A stretch of DNA of 64,000 bases from Octopus vulgaris (taxonomy: Eukaryota): positions 28,954,001 through 29,018,000 of the forward strand of contig OX597838.1 of assembly GCA_951406725.2 (NCBI GenBank), given 5' to 3'. Below are positions 1 to 13,519 of this stretch, piece after piece. The first letter of the stretch is position 1; each line of letters opens with the position of its first letter. Position numbers and translations under genes: made by a program. The notes beneath the pieces were generated by a model. The model ran no database searches. It was not told the origin of the DNA and saw only the letters and a list, made by a program, of their open reading frames with translations.

Positions 1-234
1 TGTGTATGTGTGTGTGTATATATATATATATACATATATATGTATATGTATGTATATGTATATGTTTGTGTATGTGTGTGTGTATATATGTATATGTTTG
101 CTATATACAAAATGCTATACGTATAAATATATAGATATGCGCATATACACACACATATATATGCTACGTATCTACAAATATGTATATATATATATATGTA
201 TTTATACACACACACGCACATATATACATGTTGT

Positions 235-265
<31 letters not shown>

Positions 266-284
266 ATATACATATACATACATC

Positions 285-330
<46 letters not shown>

Positions 331-378
331 TTTATATATATGTATATATGTGCACACACATACACACACACAATATGC

Positions 379-468
<90 letters not shown>

Positions 469-471
469 TAC

Positions 472-504
<33 letters not shown>

Positions 505-510
505 ATATTA
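1..510. repeat. (TA)n/(TG)n microsatellite
   Basis: Imperfect dinucleotide array. Confidence 0.95.
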
Positions 511-991
511 AGCATATATTTGTATGTATTTATCATCCTACTCCATACATTTCTACACAAATCAAGGTGTTTGTAAGTATTTCTCTGACGGTTATTAATA
601 AAACTCCTTTTTTTATCTTATCTCTACCGCCATCACGGGCCACCGCTACCACCGCTACCACCACTAACTCCGCATTCCATTATTTCTATTATTCCGTTAT
701 TCCATTATTCCGTTATTCGATTTATTTCTTTATTCTTATTAATGGTTTTTCCTTTTCTAGTTCAATTTCACGAAACCTGTGTCTGAATAGAGAAATCAAT
801 GGGCGATTGAATGAATACATGTATGAATGAGCGAACGTATGATTAAATAAACTACCGAATGAACGAATGAAAGAATGGGGGAATGAAAGAACGAAAGGGA
901 ACAAAGAATGGGTGTATTATATAGAAATCAGTTGGGAGATTTCGATACTGATGTCCTGAGTTCCCTTTCCTCCTCTTCCTCCTCCTTCTCT

Positions 992-1818
992 GTATGTATG
1001 TATGTATGTATGTACGTATGTATGTATGTATGTATGTATGTATGTATGTATGTATATATGTATGTATGTATGTAAGTATGTATGTATGTATGTATGTATG
1101 TATGTATGTATGTGTGTATGTATGTGTGTATGTATGTATGTGTGTATTTATGTATGTATGTATGTATGCATGCATGTATGTATGTATGTATGTATGTATG
1201 TATGCATGCATGTATGTATGTATGTAAGTATGTATGTATGTGTGTATGTATGTGTGTATGTATGTATGTATGTATTTATGTATGTATGTATGTATGTATG
1301 TATGTATGCATGCATGTATGTATGTATGTACGTATGTATGTATGTATGTACGTATGTATGTATGCATGTATGCATGTATGTATGCATGTATGCATGTATG
1401 TATGTATGTACGTATGTATGTATGTATGTATGTATGTATGCATGTATGTATGTATGTATGTATGTATGTATGTACGTATGTATGTATGTATGTATGTATG
1501 TATGTACGTACGTATGTATGTATGTATGTATGTACGTATGTATGTATGTATGTATATACGTACGTATGTATGTATGTATGTATGTATGTACGTACGTATG
1601 TATGTATGTATGTATATATGTATGTATGTATGTACGTACGTACGTACGTATGTATGTATGTATGTATGTATGTACGTACGTATGTATGTAAGTATGTATG
1701 TATGTATGTATGTATGTATGTATCAGTCTCTCTGTCTATCTGTCTGTCTGTTTGTCGGTCTGTCTGTCTGTGTATCTATTTATGTCTCTCTCTCTTTCTC
1801 TCTCTTTCTCCCTCTCTT

Positions 1819-1862
<44 letters not shown>

Positions 1863-1915
1863 TCTTTCGCTCTCTTTCTCCCTCTCTTTGTCTCTCTCTT
1901 TGTCTCTCTCTTTCT
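992..1915. repeat. (TATG)n then (TCTG)n/(TC)n compound microsatellite
   Basis: About 730 bp TATG array followed by CT-rich repeats; explains the MYVC ORFs. Confidence 0.95.
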
Positions 1916-2339
1916 ATGTGTGTATACATATATACATATGCAAACATTTTTTTTTTTATCTCTATCAATGTTTTTCTCCCTCTCTACTTCCCTCTCACCC
2001 TCTCTGTTTCTCTCGCTCTCTCTCTCCCTCTCTCTCTCTGTTACTCTCTCTCCGTCTTCGTTCTCTACTTCTGCTACCGTTTCTTTGTTTTGCGATAATT
2101 TAGTTCTGTCTAAGATAAAGACATTAAACATTTGATTCCAAGATAAATTTCTCTTTGGTGATGCAATTCGTAAAAAACCCCGATGGTCCTTCACTGGCCT
2201 GGCTCTGGGTTGGTTCCTGGTTTGCTCTGGTAGGTCCTACCGCTTCTGGGTTTTAGACGGAACCTTTGTGGTTTGACTCTAGGTTTTGTGTTCGATACCC
2301 GTGGGGGGTTGCGTCCTTGACAAAAAAAAAAAAACGCTT

Positions 2340-2493
2340 TATTTACATTTTTTACATTATTTACATTTGACGAATATTTGTCCTCATCTTGTTTGTTGTT
2401 AACACAACGTTTCGGCTGATATACCCTCCAGCCTTTATCAGGTGTCTTGGGGAAATTTCGAACCTGGGTTCTCATTCCTAAAGTATTTTTCGA

Positions 2494-2567
<74 letters not shown>

Positions 2568-2640
2568 GCCCAAGTCACTGCCTGGAATCGAACTCAGAAT
2601 CTTGGGGTTAGTAGCGTGCGCTCTTAACCACTACACCATA
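2340..2640 (-). mobile_element. Putative tRNA-headed element: Pol III head + (AAT)n + hammerhead-like fold + tail
   Basis: Minus strand: A-box TGGTGTAGTGG (2628-2638), B-box GTTCGATTCC (2584-2593), (AAT)n 2496-2567, hammerhead fold 2401-2446, T13 run at 2322-2334. Confidence 0.6.
2401..2446 (-). ncRNA. Minimal type-I hammerhead ribozyme fold (G8A variant)
   Basis: GACAC-CTGATAA-A-GGCTG..CAGCC-GAAAC-GTT-GTGTT; stems I and II pair; palindromic ACGT stem III. Confidence 0.65.
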
Positions 2641-2699
2641 TAGAACGGAAAAAACCCACTTTATGTCTCGTTGTTCCAGTCCACTAAGCTGACAAAAAT

Positions 2700-2875
2700 G
2701 AGTGGTACCTGTATTTCAAAGGGCCAGCCTTGTCATACTCTGTGTCTCACTGCATCGTCCTGAAAACCATATTAAGGGCACACGTGTCTGCGGAGTGCTC
2801 AGCCACTTGCACGTTAATTTCACGAGCAGCAGGCTGTTTCGTTGATCGGATCAACTGGAACCCTCGTCGTCGCGT
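2700..2875 (+). mobile_element. SINE family D, 3' half
   Basis: Matches the 3' part of the full copy at 31921-32304. Confidence 0.8.
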
Positions 2876-3305
2876 AAGTGATCAGACTAAAGGAAATTGG
2901 TCAAGACTGAAAATGGTTAGCTGGTTGGTTGGATGGTGTCTGGTGGGGGCCAGCTTGTTTGGATTTCGGTGACCGTTTGCTTGGTCCAGGGTGGAGTGGG
3001 GTGGTGGTGGATAGTTGGCTGGCTGACTGGCTGGCTGGTTGGCTGGAGGTTTAGAGTGAAATAAAACCACAAAAATAAAGAAAAATACATTACTTAAAGA
3101 CATTACTTGCTTCGTAAGAGGTAGTAGTAATAGCAGCAGCAGCTGCTGCAGTATTAGTAGTAGTAGTCCTTGTTGCAGTAGTGGTGACAGTAGTTGCAGT
3201 GGTAGTTGTAGTAGTATTAGCAATAGTTGGAATAGTAGTGGTAGTAGTAGTGGTAGTGGTAGCAGTAGTGGTAGTAATAGTAATAGCAGTAGTAGCTGTA
3301 GCAGT

Positions 3306-3364
<59 letters not shown>

Positions 3365-3508
3365 CAGCATCAGCAGCAGCAGTAGTAGTAGTATCGTTCT
3401 TTTGGTAATGGTTGTTGTATGCGTTTATTAAACTCTTTTTCAGCCTCTGTGTGTGTGTGTACTTGCTCTCAGGTCTCTCTGTATGTGTGAGTGGCAGAAC
3501 CATCACTT

Positions 3509-3597
<89 letters not shown>

Positions 3598-3608
3598 CTC
3601 TAAGTATG

Positions 3609-3649
<41 letters not shown>

Positions 3650-3795
3650 AAAGAGAGAGAGAGATAGAGGGGGTGATTGATAGATAGGCAGAGAAAGACA
3701 GAGACAGATAGAAAGAGAGATAGAGAAAGAGATAGATAGACTGATAGCCAGAGAGACTGATAGATAGATAGATCGATAGATAGATAGATAGATAG

Positions 3796-3838
<43 letters not shown>

Positions 3839-4349
3839 GAGGAAGCGAAATAGATAGAGAGGAAGAGAGAGAGAGAGAGAGTGAGAGAGTAATTTTTCTG
3901 TGAGTGAGTAGATGTTTTCAGCTCGTTCAAATTTCAATAGCTTCCCCGCCACCCCCCGCACACGACTGACAAAATTATCTAAAATCTCTCATAAAGAAAA
4001 AAAAAACATACACTCACTCCCCAAAAGAAAATAAGAAAACAAAAACCCAAACAAAAACAAAAATATTTAAAACCTTAGGTGTAAAAACGTAATTTGATAC
4101 AATTTGCTGTTAACTCCACAAGGGTATCTAAAGTATTTTAATTATCTGTTTAATTAATGCAGTAATTAACGCAATTTTAATTAATATTGCTCAGTGTAAT
4201 CACGTGTACAGCAATGCATTTGTGAATTTGAAGATTTGCTATTTTTTTTGTTTTTTTATCAAAACATATGTAACCCACAGCTACGGGTTCTTGTACGTGT
4301 GTTATAGCGTGGTGGGCTTAATTCGTCGCCTTGTTACCTACCACCTCTT

Positions 4350-4600
4350 TCTTGGTGTCTTTGGCAGAGTCCACTGTATTGCATGGAAACATCACGTTTC
4401 GTACCTTTAGCAGAGTCTATTCTGTTGCAAGTAATCACCATCACAACTTGGTTCTTGGCTATCTTTAGCAGAGTCCACTCTGTTACATGGGAACACCATC
4501 TTGTGGTTCTTTGGTACCCTTAGCCGAGTCCATTTTGTTACACGCAAACACCATCTTGTGCTCCGTGGCAATCTTTAGCAGAGCTCATTCTGTTGCAAGT
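4350..4600. repeat. Degenerate ~55-bp minisatellite, 5 units
   Basis: TTTAGCAGAGTCCA-like motif at 4360, 4406, 4464, 4519 and 4574. Confidence 0.8.
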
Positions 4601-4854
4601 ATTCGAGTTAGATTTCTGGTTTAGGGATATTTCCCTTCCTTTCACCCACTCATTTTGGAGGCCCCGTAAAGGGTCATGGGCCCTGCCTTACACCATCACT
4701 AAAAAAATGAAAATATAAAAATATATTACAAAAATTGTTTGTTAGTCGTTTATATAGATACGATTACCGTTTTCTCTACACACTGCATAAAACCCCTCTT
4801 TTGTTCTTCTCGGGTGCGAATGTGGGCGTCCTTGGTCGTTTTTCCATGTTATAA

Positions 4855-5030
4855 TCATTGTCGGGTCTTTTACGTATCCGTAACCTAGCGGTTCGATTAG
4901 AAAACTGACATAAGAAGTACGTGGCTTAAAAATGTCTTGGGATCGATTCCTTCGACTAAAACCTCTCAAGGTGGTGCCCCACCATGGCCTCAGCCGAATG
5001 ACTGAAACAATAAATACACAAAAGATGAAC
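4855..5030 (+). mobile_element. SINE family A, diverged 3' half
   Basis: TAGCGGTTCG...CATGGCC..TGACTGAAAC tail. Confidence 0.75.
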
Positions 5031-5124
5031 GATATATAAACCCTGTCTCTCATCCTGATTTTGGATCTTAGAAGTATTCATTGCATTATGGCGCTTTCAT
5101 ACTCTATAATAGAATATTCGCGTA

Positions 5125-5657
5125 ATAATCCTTTGAACTCTAGGCACAAGGCCTGAAAATGGGGGAGGGGATTAGTTGATTACTTAATTTATCGATCCTG
5201 AAAGGATGAACAGCAAAGTTGATCTCGGCGTTATTTGAACTCAGAACGTAACGGCAGACGACATACCTATTTCTTTACTGCCCACAAGGGGACAAACAAG
5301 GACAGACAAACGGATTAAGTCGATTAAATCGACACCAGTGCATAACTGGTACTTAATCTATCGACCCCGAAAGGATGAAAGGCAAAGTCGACCTCGGTTG
5401 AATTTGAACTCAGAACGTAGCGGCAGACAACATACTTATTTCTATTTCTTTACTACCCACAAGGGGCTAAACACAGAGAGGACAAACAAGGACAGACAAA
5501 CGGATTAAGTCGATTATATATCGACCCCAGAGCGTATGAAAAGCAAAGGATAAAAAGCAAAGTCGACCTCGGCGGAATTTGAACTCAGAACGTAGCGGCA
5601 GACGACATACCGTTAAGCATTTCGTCCGGCGTTCTAACAATTCTGCCAGCTCGCCGT
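5125..5657 (-). mobile_element. SINE family B, three-unit head-to-tail array
   Basis: One full head (GGCGAGCTGGCAGAA A-box; GAGTTCAAATT B-box) plus two units restarting at GTAT(G)T(C/T)GTCTGCC. Confidence 0.85.
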
Positions 5658-5826
5658 CTTCCAATCCTTCGTAATAATACGGCCGGTTCTGATATCTCTG
5701 TGATGGAGATATTCAGGTTCCAGATATCTTTTGAAGTATTTCTTGCCTGGCCTACCACAAAACCTGGCCCAAAATAGACTCCATAGGAAAATACATATTT
5801 CGTACAAACTGAAGACCGATTAGTTC

Positions 5827-5900
<74 letters not shown>

Positions 5901-6048
5901 CTTATTCTACCTTTCTTCCTCTGTACGTACGTACGTACGTTTGTATGTATGTATGCCTGTATGTATGTATGTATGTATGTATGTATGTATGTATGTATGT
6001 ATGTATGTATCTATGTATGTATGTATGTACGCCTTTGCATGTTTATAA

Positions 6049-6083
<35 letters not shown>

Positions 6084-6373
6084 CGTATATAAACATACAC
6101 AAAGGGATAGCTATCTATCTCTTTCTTCTTTTCTTTTCCTTTCTTTTCTTCTTTCTTTCTTTCTTTCTGTCGTTCTTCTTTCTTTGTTTCTCTCTCTCTC
6201 TTTATCTCCCTCTCTCTGTCCCTTTATCTCTGTACGCATTATTTGTACGTTTGTACATGTGTAAGAGAGAGTATTCACATTCATATATGTATGAACATCC
6301 ACCCCCATATATATATATATGCATATATGTATGTGTCTGTGTATATATATATATGTTTGTGTGTGTGTGTGCG

Positions 6374-6425
<52 letters not shown>

Positions 6426-6911
6426 TGTGTGTGTGAGTGCGAAGTATATTTTTCTCTATGTCTTCAGCTCCAGTCCGGTTTTCATTGTATTATTTTGTTG
6501 TTTTGACAATCAGATAATAACTGCAGAGAATGTTGGAATATTTATAGCGAAGGAATCTAAACATTCCTCTCTTTGGCTGAATGGAACCGCACTACAATAG
6601 GAACCGCACACACTCACACACACACACACACATACGCACACGCCAACACATATATATATATATATATATGTGTGTATGCATATATGTATATATATATATA
6701 TATATACATATATATTTATAAATAAAATATGTACATAATACATACTTGTATACTTGCTTGTGTGTATGCATATATGTAAGTATGTATGTATATATATATT
6801 CATAATACATACTTGTATACTGCTTGTGTGTATGCATATATGTAAATATGTATGTATATATATATACATAATACATACTTGCATATGCGCATATATAGAT
6901 GTATGCATATA

Positions 6912-6978
<67 letters not shown>

Positions 6979-7277
6979 CCACATATACGTATACGTATGT
7001 GTGTGTATGTGTGTAATGTGTACTCCTCAAGTCCACATTCAGTTTGCAAATGAGCACACACATACGCACATAAGTACACACATACACACATTCATGTACA
7101 AGTGTGTATACTTATATAAACATAAATCCACACGCTATTTTTTTTCTAACACACGTTTACACTCACACATATATTCATACACATACTCATATAGCCACAT
7201 ATACACTTGCATTCACGTTTATACACAAGTACGCGTTCCCGCAAAATACGCATATATTCCCTATATACATACATACA

Positions 7278-7338
<61 letters not shown>

Positions 7339-7505
7339 AAAAATATATATATAAAAATACAAAATGGGACAAGAACGCAAAACATTCAAATAGACGACAC
7401 AAAAAAACGGACGGGTCATTCGAAGCCTCTAATCTTCAGTCAAGAACCGGATCATCCTCGCAATTTCGGCTGATTAATCTTGAGATCGGTCCGATCCGAC
7501 CAGCC

Positions 7506-7554
<49 letters not shown>

Positions 7555-7591
7555 CATATATGTGGCAAAGTAATTTATTTTACTAAGCCCT

Positions 7592-7661
<70 letters not shown>

Positions 7662-8087
7662 TTCTCTCCGTTGTAGCTTGAACAGGAAGAAGTGTTCTTG
7701 TCTGTCCCCTGTCCGAGCTTAATTTACGCGTTCGCCACCACAACCTCGTTTAGGCTTGTTTTCACTGTCCTGGTTTGCCTTTTCAATTTTGACCCTCTGA
7801 AAAAATCCAAAATTTTATTTAATTTTCTTTGCGGGACCAACTGTTTTATAGAAAGCGTATATTGTTGTTAAATGATCGAAACACGAGAGTAGAAAAACAA
7901 CCAACAACTGATGAAGGGTCGTTCTTTATGTTGTTTGTCTTGTTTTCCATTTGTGTCTTTCGTTGTTCGTAAAAATAGTCCATATTCCATGTACTCGTAC
8001 TTCGTATTTATTTGTTGTACACGTTTCGTCATGTCTTGTATCCACATGTGCATATATATGTACATATAGATGTAAGTATGAACATAT

Positions 8088-9045
8088 ACGGATTAAGTCG
8101 ATTATATCGACCTCAGTGCGTAACAGGTACTTATTTAATCGACTCCGAAAGGATGAAAGGCAAAGTCGAACTCGGCAGAATTTGAACTCAGAACGTAACG
8201 GCTGACGAAATACCTATTTCTTTATTACCCACAAGGGGCTAAACACAGAGAGGACAAACAAGGACAGACATAGGTATTAAGTCGATTACATTGGCCCCAG
8301 TGCGTAACTGGTACTTAATTTATCGACCCCGAAAGGATGAAAGGCAAAGTCGACCTCGGCAGAATTTGAACTCACAACTTAACGGCTGACGAAATACCGC
8401 TAAGCATTTCACCCAGCGTGCTAATGATTTTTATTTCTTTATTGCCCACAAGGGGCTAAGCATAGAGGGGACAAGCAAGGACAGACAGAGGTATTAAGTC
8501 GATTACATCGACCCCAGTGTGTAACTGGTGTGGATTGTAATTTATCGACCCCGAAAAGATGAAAGGCAAAGTCGACCTCGGCGGAATTTGAACTCAGAAC
8601 GTATCGGCAGACGAAATACCTATTTCTTTACTACCCACAAGGGGTTAAACATAGAGGGGACAAACAAGGACAGACAAACGGATTAAGTCGAATATATCGA
8701 CCCCAGTGCGTAACCCGAAAGGATGAAATCGACCCCGAAAGGATGAAAAGCAAAGTCGATCTTGGCGGAATTTGAATTCAGAACCTAGCAGCAGACGAAA
8801 TACCTATTTCTATTTCTTTACTACCCACAAGGGGTTAAACATAGAGGGGACAAACAAGGACAGACAAACGGATTAAGTCGATTATATCGACTCCAGTGCG
8901 TAACTGGTACTTATTTAATCGACCCCGAAAGGATGAAAGGCAAAGTCGACTTCGGCGGAATTTGAACTCAGAATATAGCGGCAGACGAAATACTGCTAAG
9001 CATTTCACCCGGCGTGCTAACGATTCTGCTAGCTCGTCGCCTTAA
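8088..9045 (-). mobile_element. SINE family B, five-unit tandem array (~185-bp period)
   Basis: Repeated CCCCGAAAGGATGAAAGGCAAAGTCGAC..GAACTCAGAACG units; heads at about 8425 and 9045. Confidence 0.9.
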
Positions 9046-9544
9046 TCAATATTATTAATCAGTGATAATATCGCTGCCTTATCCTACCGACCTTCGTAAT
9101 AAGACAAATCAAATCTATTTCAACAAAATTACCGGGATTTGAACTCGAAATTTAAAAAGCTTGCAACGATATAATACCACAAAGGAAACTTATTCGACGC
9201 TTTAACATATCTTTCTCTAAATCAACGACTGTAATAAGACACACGGATTAACAAATGTTCAGAATGTTCTCGAAGCAGAAAAGAAGTCATATGCTGAGAC
9301 ATTCTTGCTTGTGGCTGGTAATTCGTAGGCGTCAGAATTAAGTGAAGCAGTAACACCAAGAGAGTAATAAATATTTTATCAACGAGTCTGATGAATAAAT
9401 TGAATACGGAATTTGTAAGGAGATGAACCAATAACTTAGAGCCAATGTTTAATGGAGTTAACTACAATGGAACAATGGAGAGGATATTTGCAGCTTCGCG
9501 TTGTTGCCTCTGGAGACATTGCTCCCTGTCTATTTCAGCTTCGG

Positions 9545-10298
<754 letters not shown>

Positions 10299-10299
<1 letters not shown>

Positions 10300-10600
10300 A
10301 GGCTTTTCTATCCACGGACCGATATCCAAAACACCGTGGAAAAGGCTAGCCACTGGATTTGGTTAAAAGCAGACAATGAGCGATGGCTAGAAGAATATTG
10401 AGCTTTATTTAATATTCAGTTGATCTAGCAAGCGGGGCCTCATATCAGCGAGGGGGAGCCGGTGCGCATTGATGCCGTGTAGAGTTAGGCCCCGGAACGG
10501 CGCGCATTCTCTCCTGATGACCCCATACGCTTGCTGGCTTCCGGTATGCATGTGCAAGTTGTCTGCAAGACATGCTATTATATACTGATATCTCCGCCTT
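10299..10600 (+). mobile_element. 3' end of an RLE-type non-LTR retrotransposon (HERO-like)
   Basis: C-terminal peptide [12 protein letters not shown] resembles the AExASxWIW end of HERO-type ORFs; structured 3' UTR follows. Confidence 0.55.
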
Positions 10601-10781
10601 CTTCTTCCTTTTATATGTCACTCTATGCTATACTTACACACTAGTTATTCCAACGATTAAATATATGGGGTTCGTATCCCAGTTGCCCTTTCTTAAATAC
10701 CAATCGTGAAGTGGAGATAACCTGGAGTTCGTACTGAGTGCTGCATAAAGAATATATAGAAATTTTACTCAACCCGAACTT

Positions 10782-11170
10782 GAGTGGCTGTGTGGTAAGT
10801 AGCTTGTTTACCAACCACATGGTTCCGGGTTCAGTCCCACTGCGTGGCATCTTGGGCAAGTGTCTTCTACTATAGCCTCGGGCCAACCAAAGACTTGTGA
10901 GTGGATTTGGTAGACGGAAACTGAAAGAAGCCCGTTGTATATATGTATATATATATATGTATGTGTGTTTGTGTGTCTGTGTTTGTCCCCCTAGCATTGC
11001 TTGACAACCGATGCTGGTGTGTTTATGTCCCCGTTACTTAGCGGTTCGGCAAAAGAAACTGATAGAATAAGTAGTGGGCTTATAAAAGAATAAGTCCCGG
11101 GGTCGAGTTGCTCGATTAAAGGCGGTGCTCCAGCATGGCCGCAGTCAAATGACTGAAACAAGTAAAAGAA
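10782..11170 (+). mobile_element. SINE family A (tRNA head, CORE-like CTTGGGCAAGT, internal microsatellite)
   Basis: TGGCTGTGTGG A-box, GGTTCAGTCCC B-box, tail CAGCATGGCCGCAGTCAAATGACTGAAAC; many near-identical copies in the window. Confidence 0.92.
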
Positions 11171-11183
11171 AAAGAAAAAAAAA

Positions 11184-11697
11184 AGGTTGATGCAAAGGCA
11201 ATGGCCGATTTTAAGGTCTCTTTAAAAAATGAAAAAAACCCCCCGTGATTTAGACAATATTTATTCGTTAACATAATTTCCATTGCTTCATTCCATCTGC
11301 CAACAAGCTTATAAATGCCACACTTATAAAATTGTTTAGGTTTTGATGCGAAATATGAATCCAACTCCCTTTCAACCTAAGACCATTCAGATGGTTTTGT
11401 AGTCCCCGAAACAAGTGATAATCGGAAGGAGTAAGGTCTGGAGAATATGGAGGATGAAGCAATATTTCCCAACCAAGTTCTTCCAAGAGATCTTTGGTCA
11501 GTCGAGCTGTGTGAGGACGAGCGTTATCATGGCGGAAGATGACACCCTTTCTGTTCAAAGTAGCTTTCAAACGATGAAGTTAATCACAGTAGAGATTAAT
11601 TACATTAATTGTTTGATTGTTGTCTAACAATTCGTAATGAACAATTCCTTCAATATCCCACCATACACTCAACATGATCTTGTTGTTGAAAAGGCTT
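11184..11697 (-). mobile_element. Mariner transposon remnant (C-terminal transposase pseudogene + one TIR)
   Basis: KIMLSVWWD, HDNARPH and HPPYSPDLTPSDYHLF motifs across frameshifts; AGGTTGATGCAAAGGCAATGGCCGATTTT at 11184-11212 resembles the Hsmar1-type TIR. Confidence 0.92.
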
Positions 11698-12170
11698 TCC
11701 TCCTCGGCTGATCCCCAACCCCCAGCCGAACCCACACCCCACCCGTGCTTTCCACACTCTCGCCTCCCCCACCTCCCCACAACATCACATCACATCACAC
11801 TACACCATACAACATTACACATCACATCACAACACACCAACCACACAGCCATCCCCATATCTTCACACCTACACATACATACACTCATCACATCACAACA
11901 CACCACCCACACACCCATCCCCACATATTCACACCTACATATACATACACACACACGTCCAGACTACCAGCCCTCTTTCACACGCACATACATACTCTCT
12001 TATACACGCACGCACCTTTGTGTTGGGGGCTCCTTCGTGTTAGGGGTCACCTTACCTTGTTATCTCCCCTACTTTCCTCCTCCCGTCTGACCATTTTGTC
12101 CGAGTCAGACGCCATGATAGATCGTTAGCCACTACACACATTTTTTTCTCTCCTTGTTTTTTATGTGTAC

Positions 12171-12206
12171 CTTTCTGTAGAAGAGCGTAGGCTCGAAACG
12201 TAAAAG
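12171..12206 (+). ncRNA. Minimal hammerhead fold (A6U variant) in a Penelope-like end fragment
   Basis: CTTT-CTGTAGA-A-GAGC-GTAG-GCTC-GAAAC-GTA-AAAG; T-rich tail ends in (TA)n at 12299. Confidence 0.6.
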
Positions 12207-12296
12207 ACTTTTTCAATTCCTGAGCGCTATACTAATACATCTGTTTGTTTTGTACACCACCTGTCTTCGTCTTTTGTTTTTTTTCGTAAACTTTCC

Positions 12297-12383
<87 letters not shown>

Positions 12384-12613
12384 CTCCATTCCTTAACTCT
12401 TGGATTTTTATTCTCATACCTGGCAACCTAGGCTGCCAACTATGAAATATGAAATAATTTTTTTCAGCTTATCCTACTTCGATACGGGAAAAAATTCACA
12501 ACCTTCTGCACCAATAAATCTCTATTGTTCCTGAAAGTTGTTTTTTTATATCTTCTATGGATTGCTTGAAGCTCACTTTCTTCCTACATCTCGAACCTTT
12601 GATCAAGTGTGTG

Positions 12614-12699
<86 letters not shown>

Positions 12700-13457
12700 C
12701 ACATAAATACATACACACATACACACACATATACATATGTGTGTGTGTGTGTGTGTGCGTATATGTGTGTATGTTGTAGGGAAAATATTGACTGACAACC
12801 TAGCATATGTTTTGCGTTTAGTTAAGACTCTGAACCATGTTCACCGTTTATACGTAGCCGAAGAGAAATACACCTGCCTGCCTGCCTGCCTGCCTGTCTG
12901 TCCATCTGTCTATCTGTTCGTTTGTCATTATATTCTCCTTCTTTCTCCTTCTAACACACACACACATACACACGCACACGCACTCACACACTCTTAGACT
13001 TGTATGTGTATGTATATACGTTCGTGAGTGTGTGTGTGTATGTGTGAGTTCGTGCATGTAATAGTATGAGTGTAGACATACAAACACATACGTACAGTTA
13101 CAGAGGTGTATGTGTGCATCTCTGTGAGCGTGTCTTGTCAAATCTGCGAGTTCCAATAACATGTTTGATAGTTTCCAGATTTTGCAAGAACAAATGTCCT
13201 AAGGGGCCTCCAGATATCGACTTATAACGCCGACATTCACATCTTCCAAGAAGTTTCGATATCAGCTTTAACTGGCATTGGCACTAGATTCTACGAGAGA
13301 AGAATATTTCGATATTAGAAAACAGAAAAATAACAGATATGGCAGTAAAACATGGCAGAGTAGATCATATGTGTGAGTGTACGTGTGCGTGTGTGTATGT
13401 ATATATATGTCTATATATTTATATATGTGTGTAAACATATGTGTATGTATATATATA

Positions 13458-13519
<62 letters not shown>

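Noticed and set aside
4350-4600. CRISPR-like repeat/spacer look
   Set aside because: Repeats are degenerate, linkers are related to each other, there are no cas genes, and the context is eukaryotic.
7360-7930. Further hammerhead-like pieces (CAGCCGAAA at about 7465 minus; CTGATGA at about 7908)
   Set aside because: Cores incomplete; probably PLE-end debris but not supportable as ribozymes.
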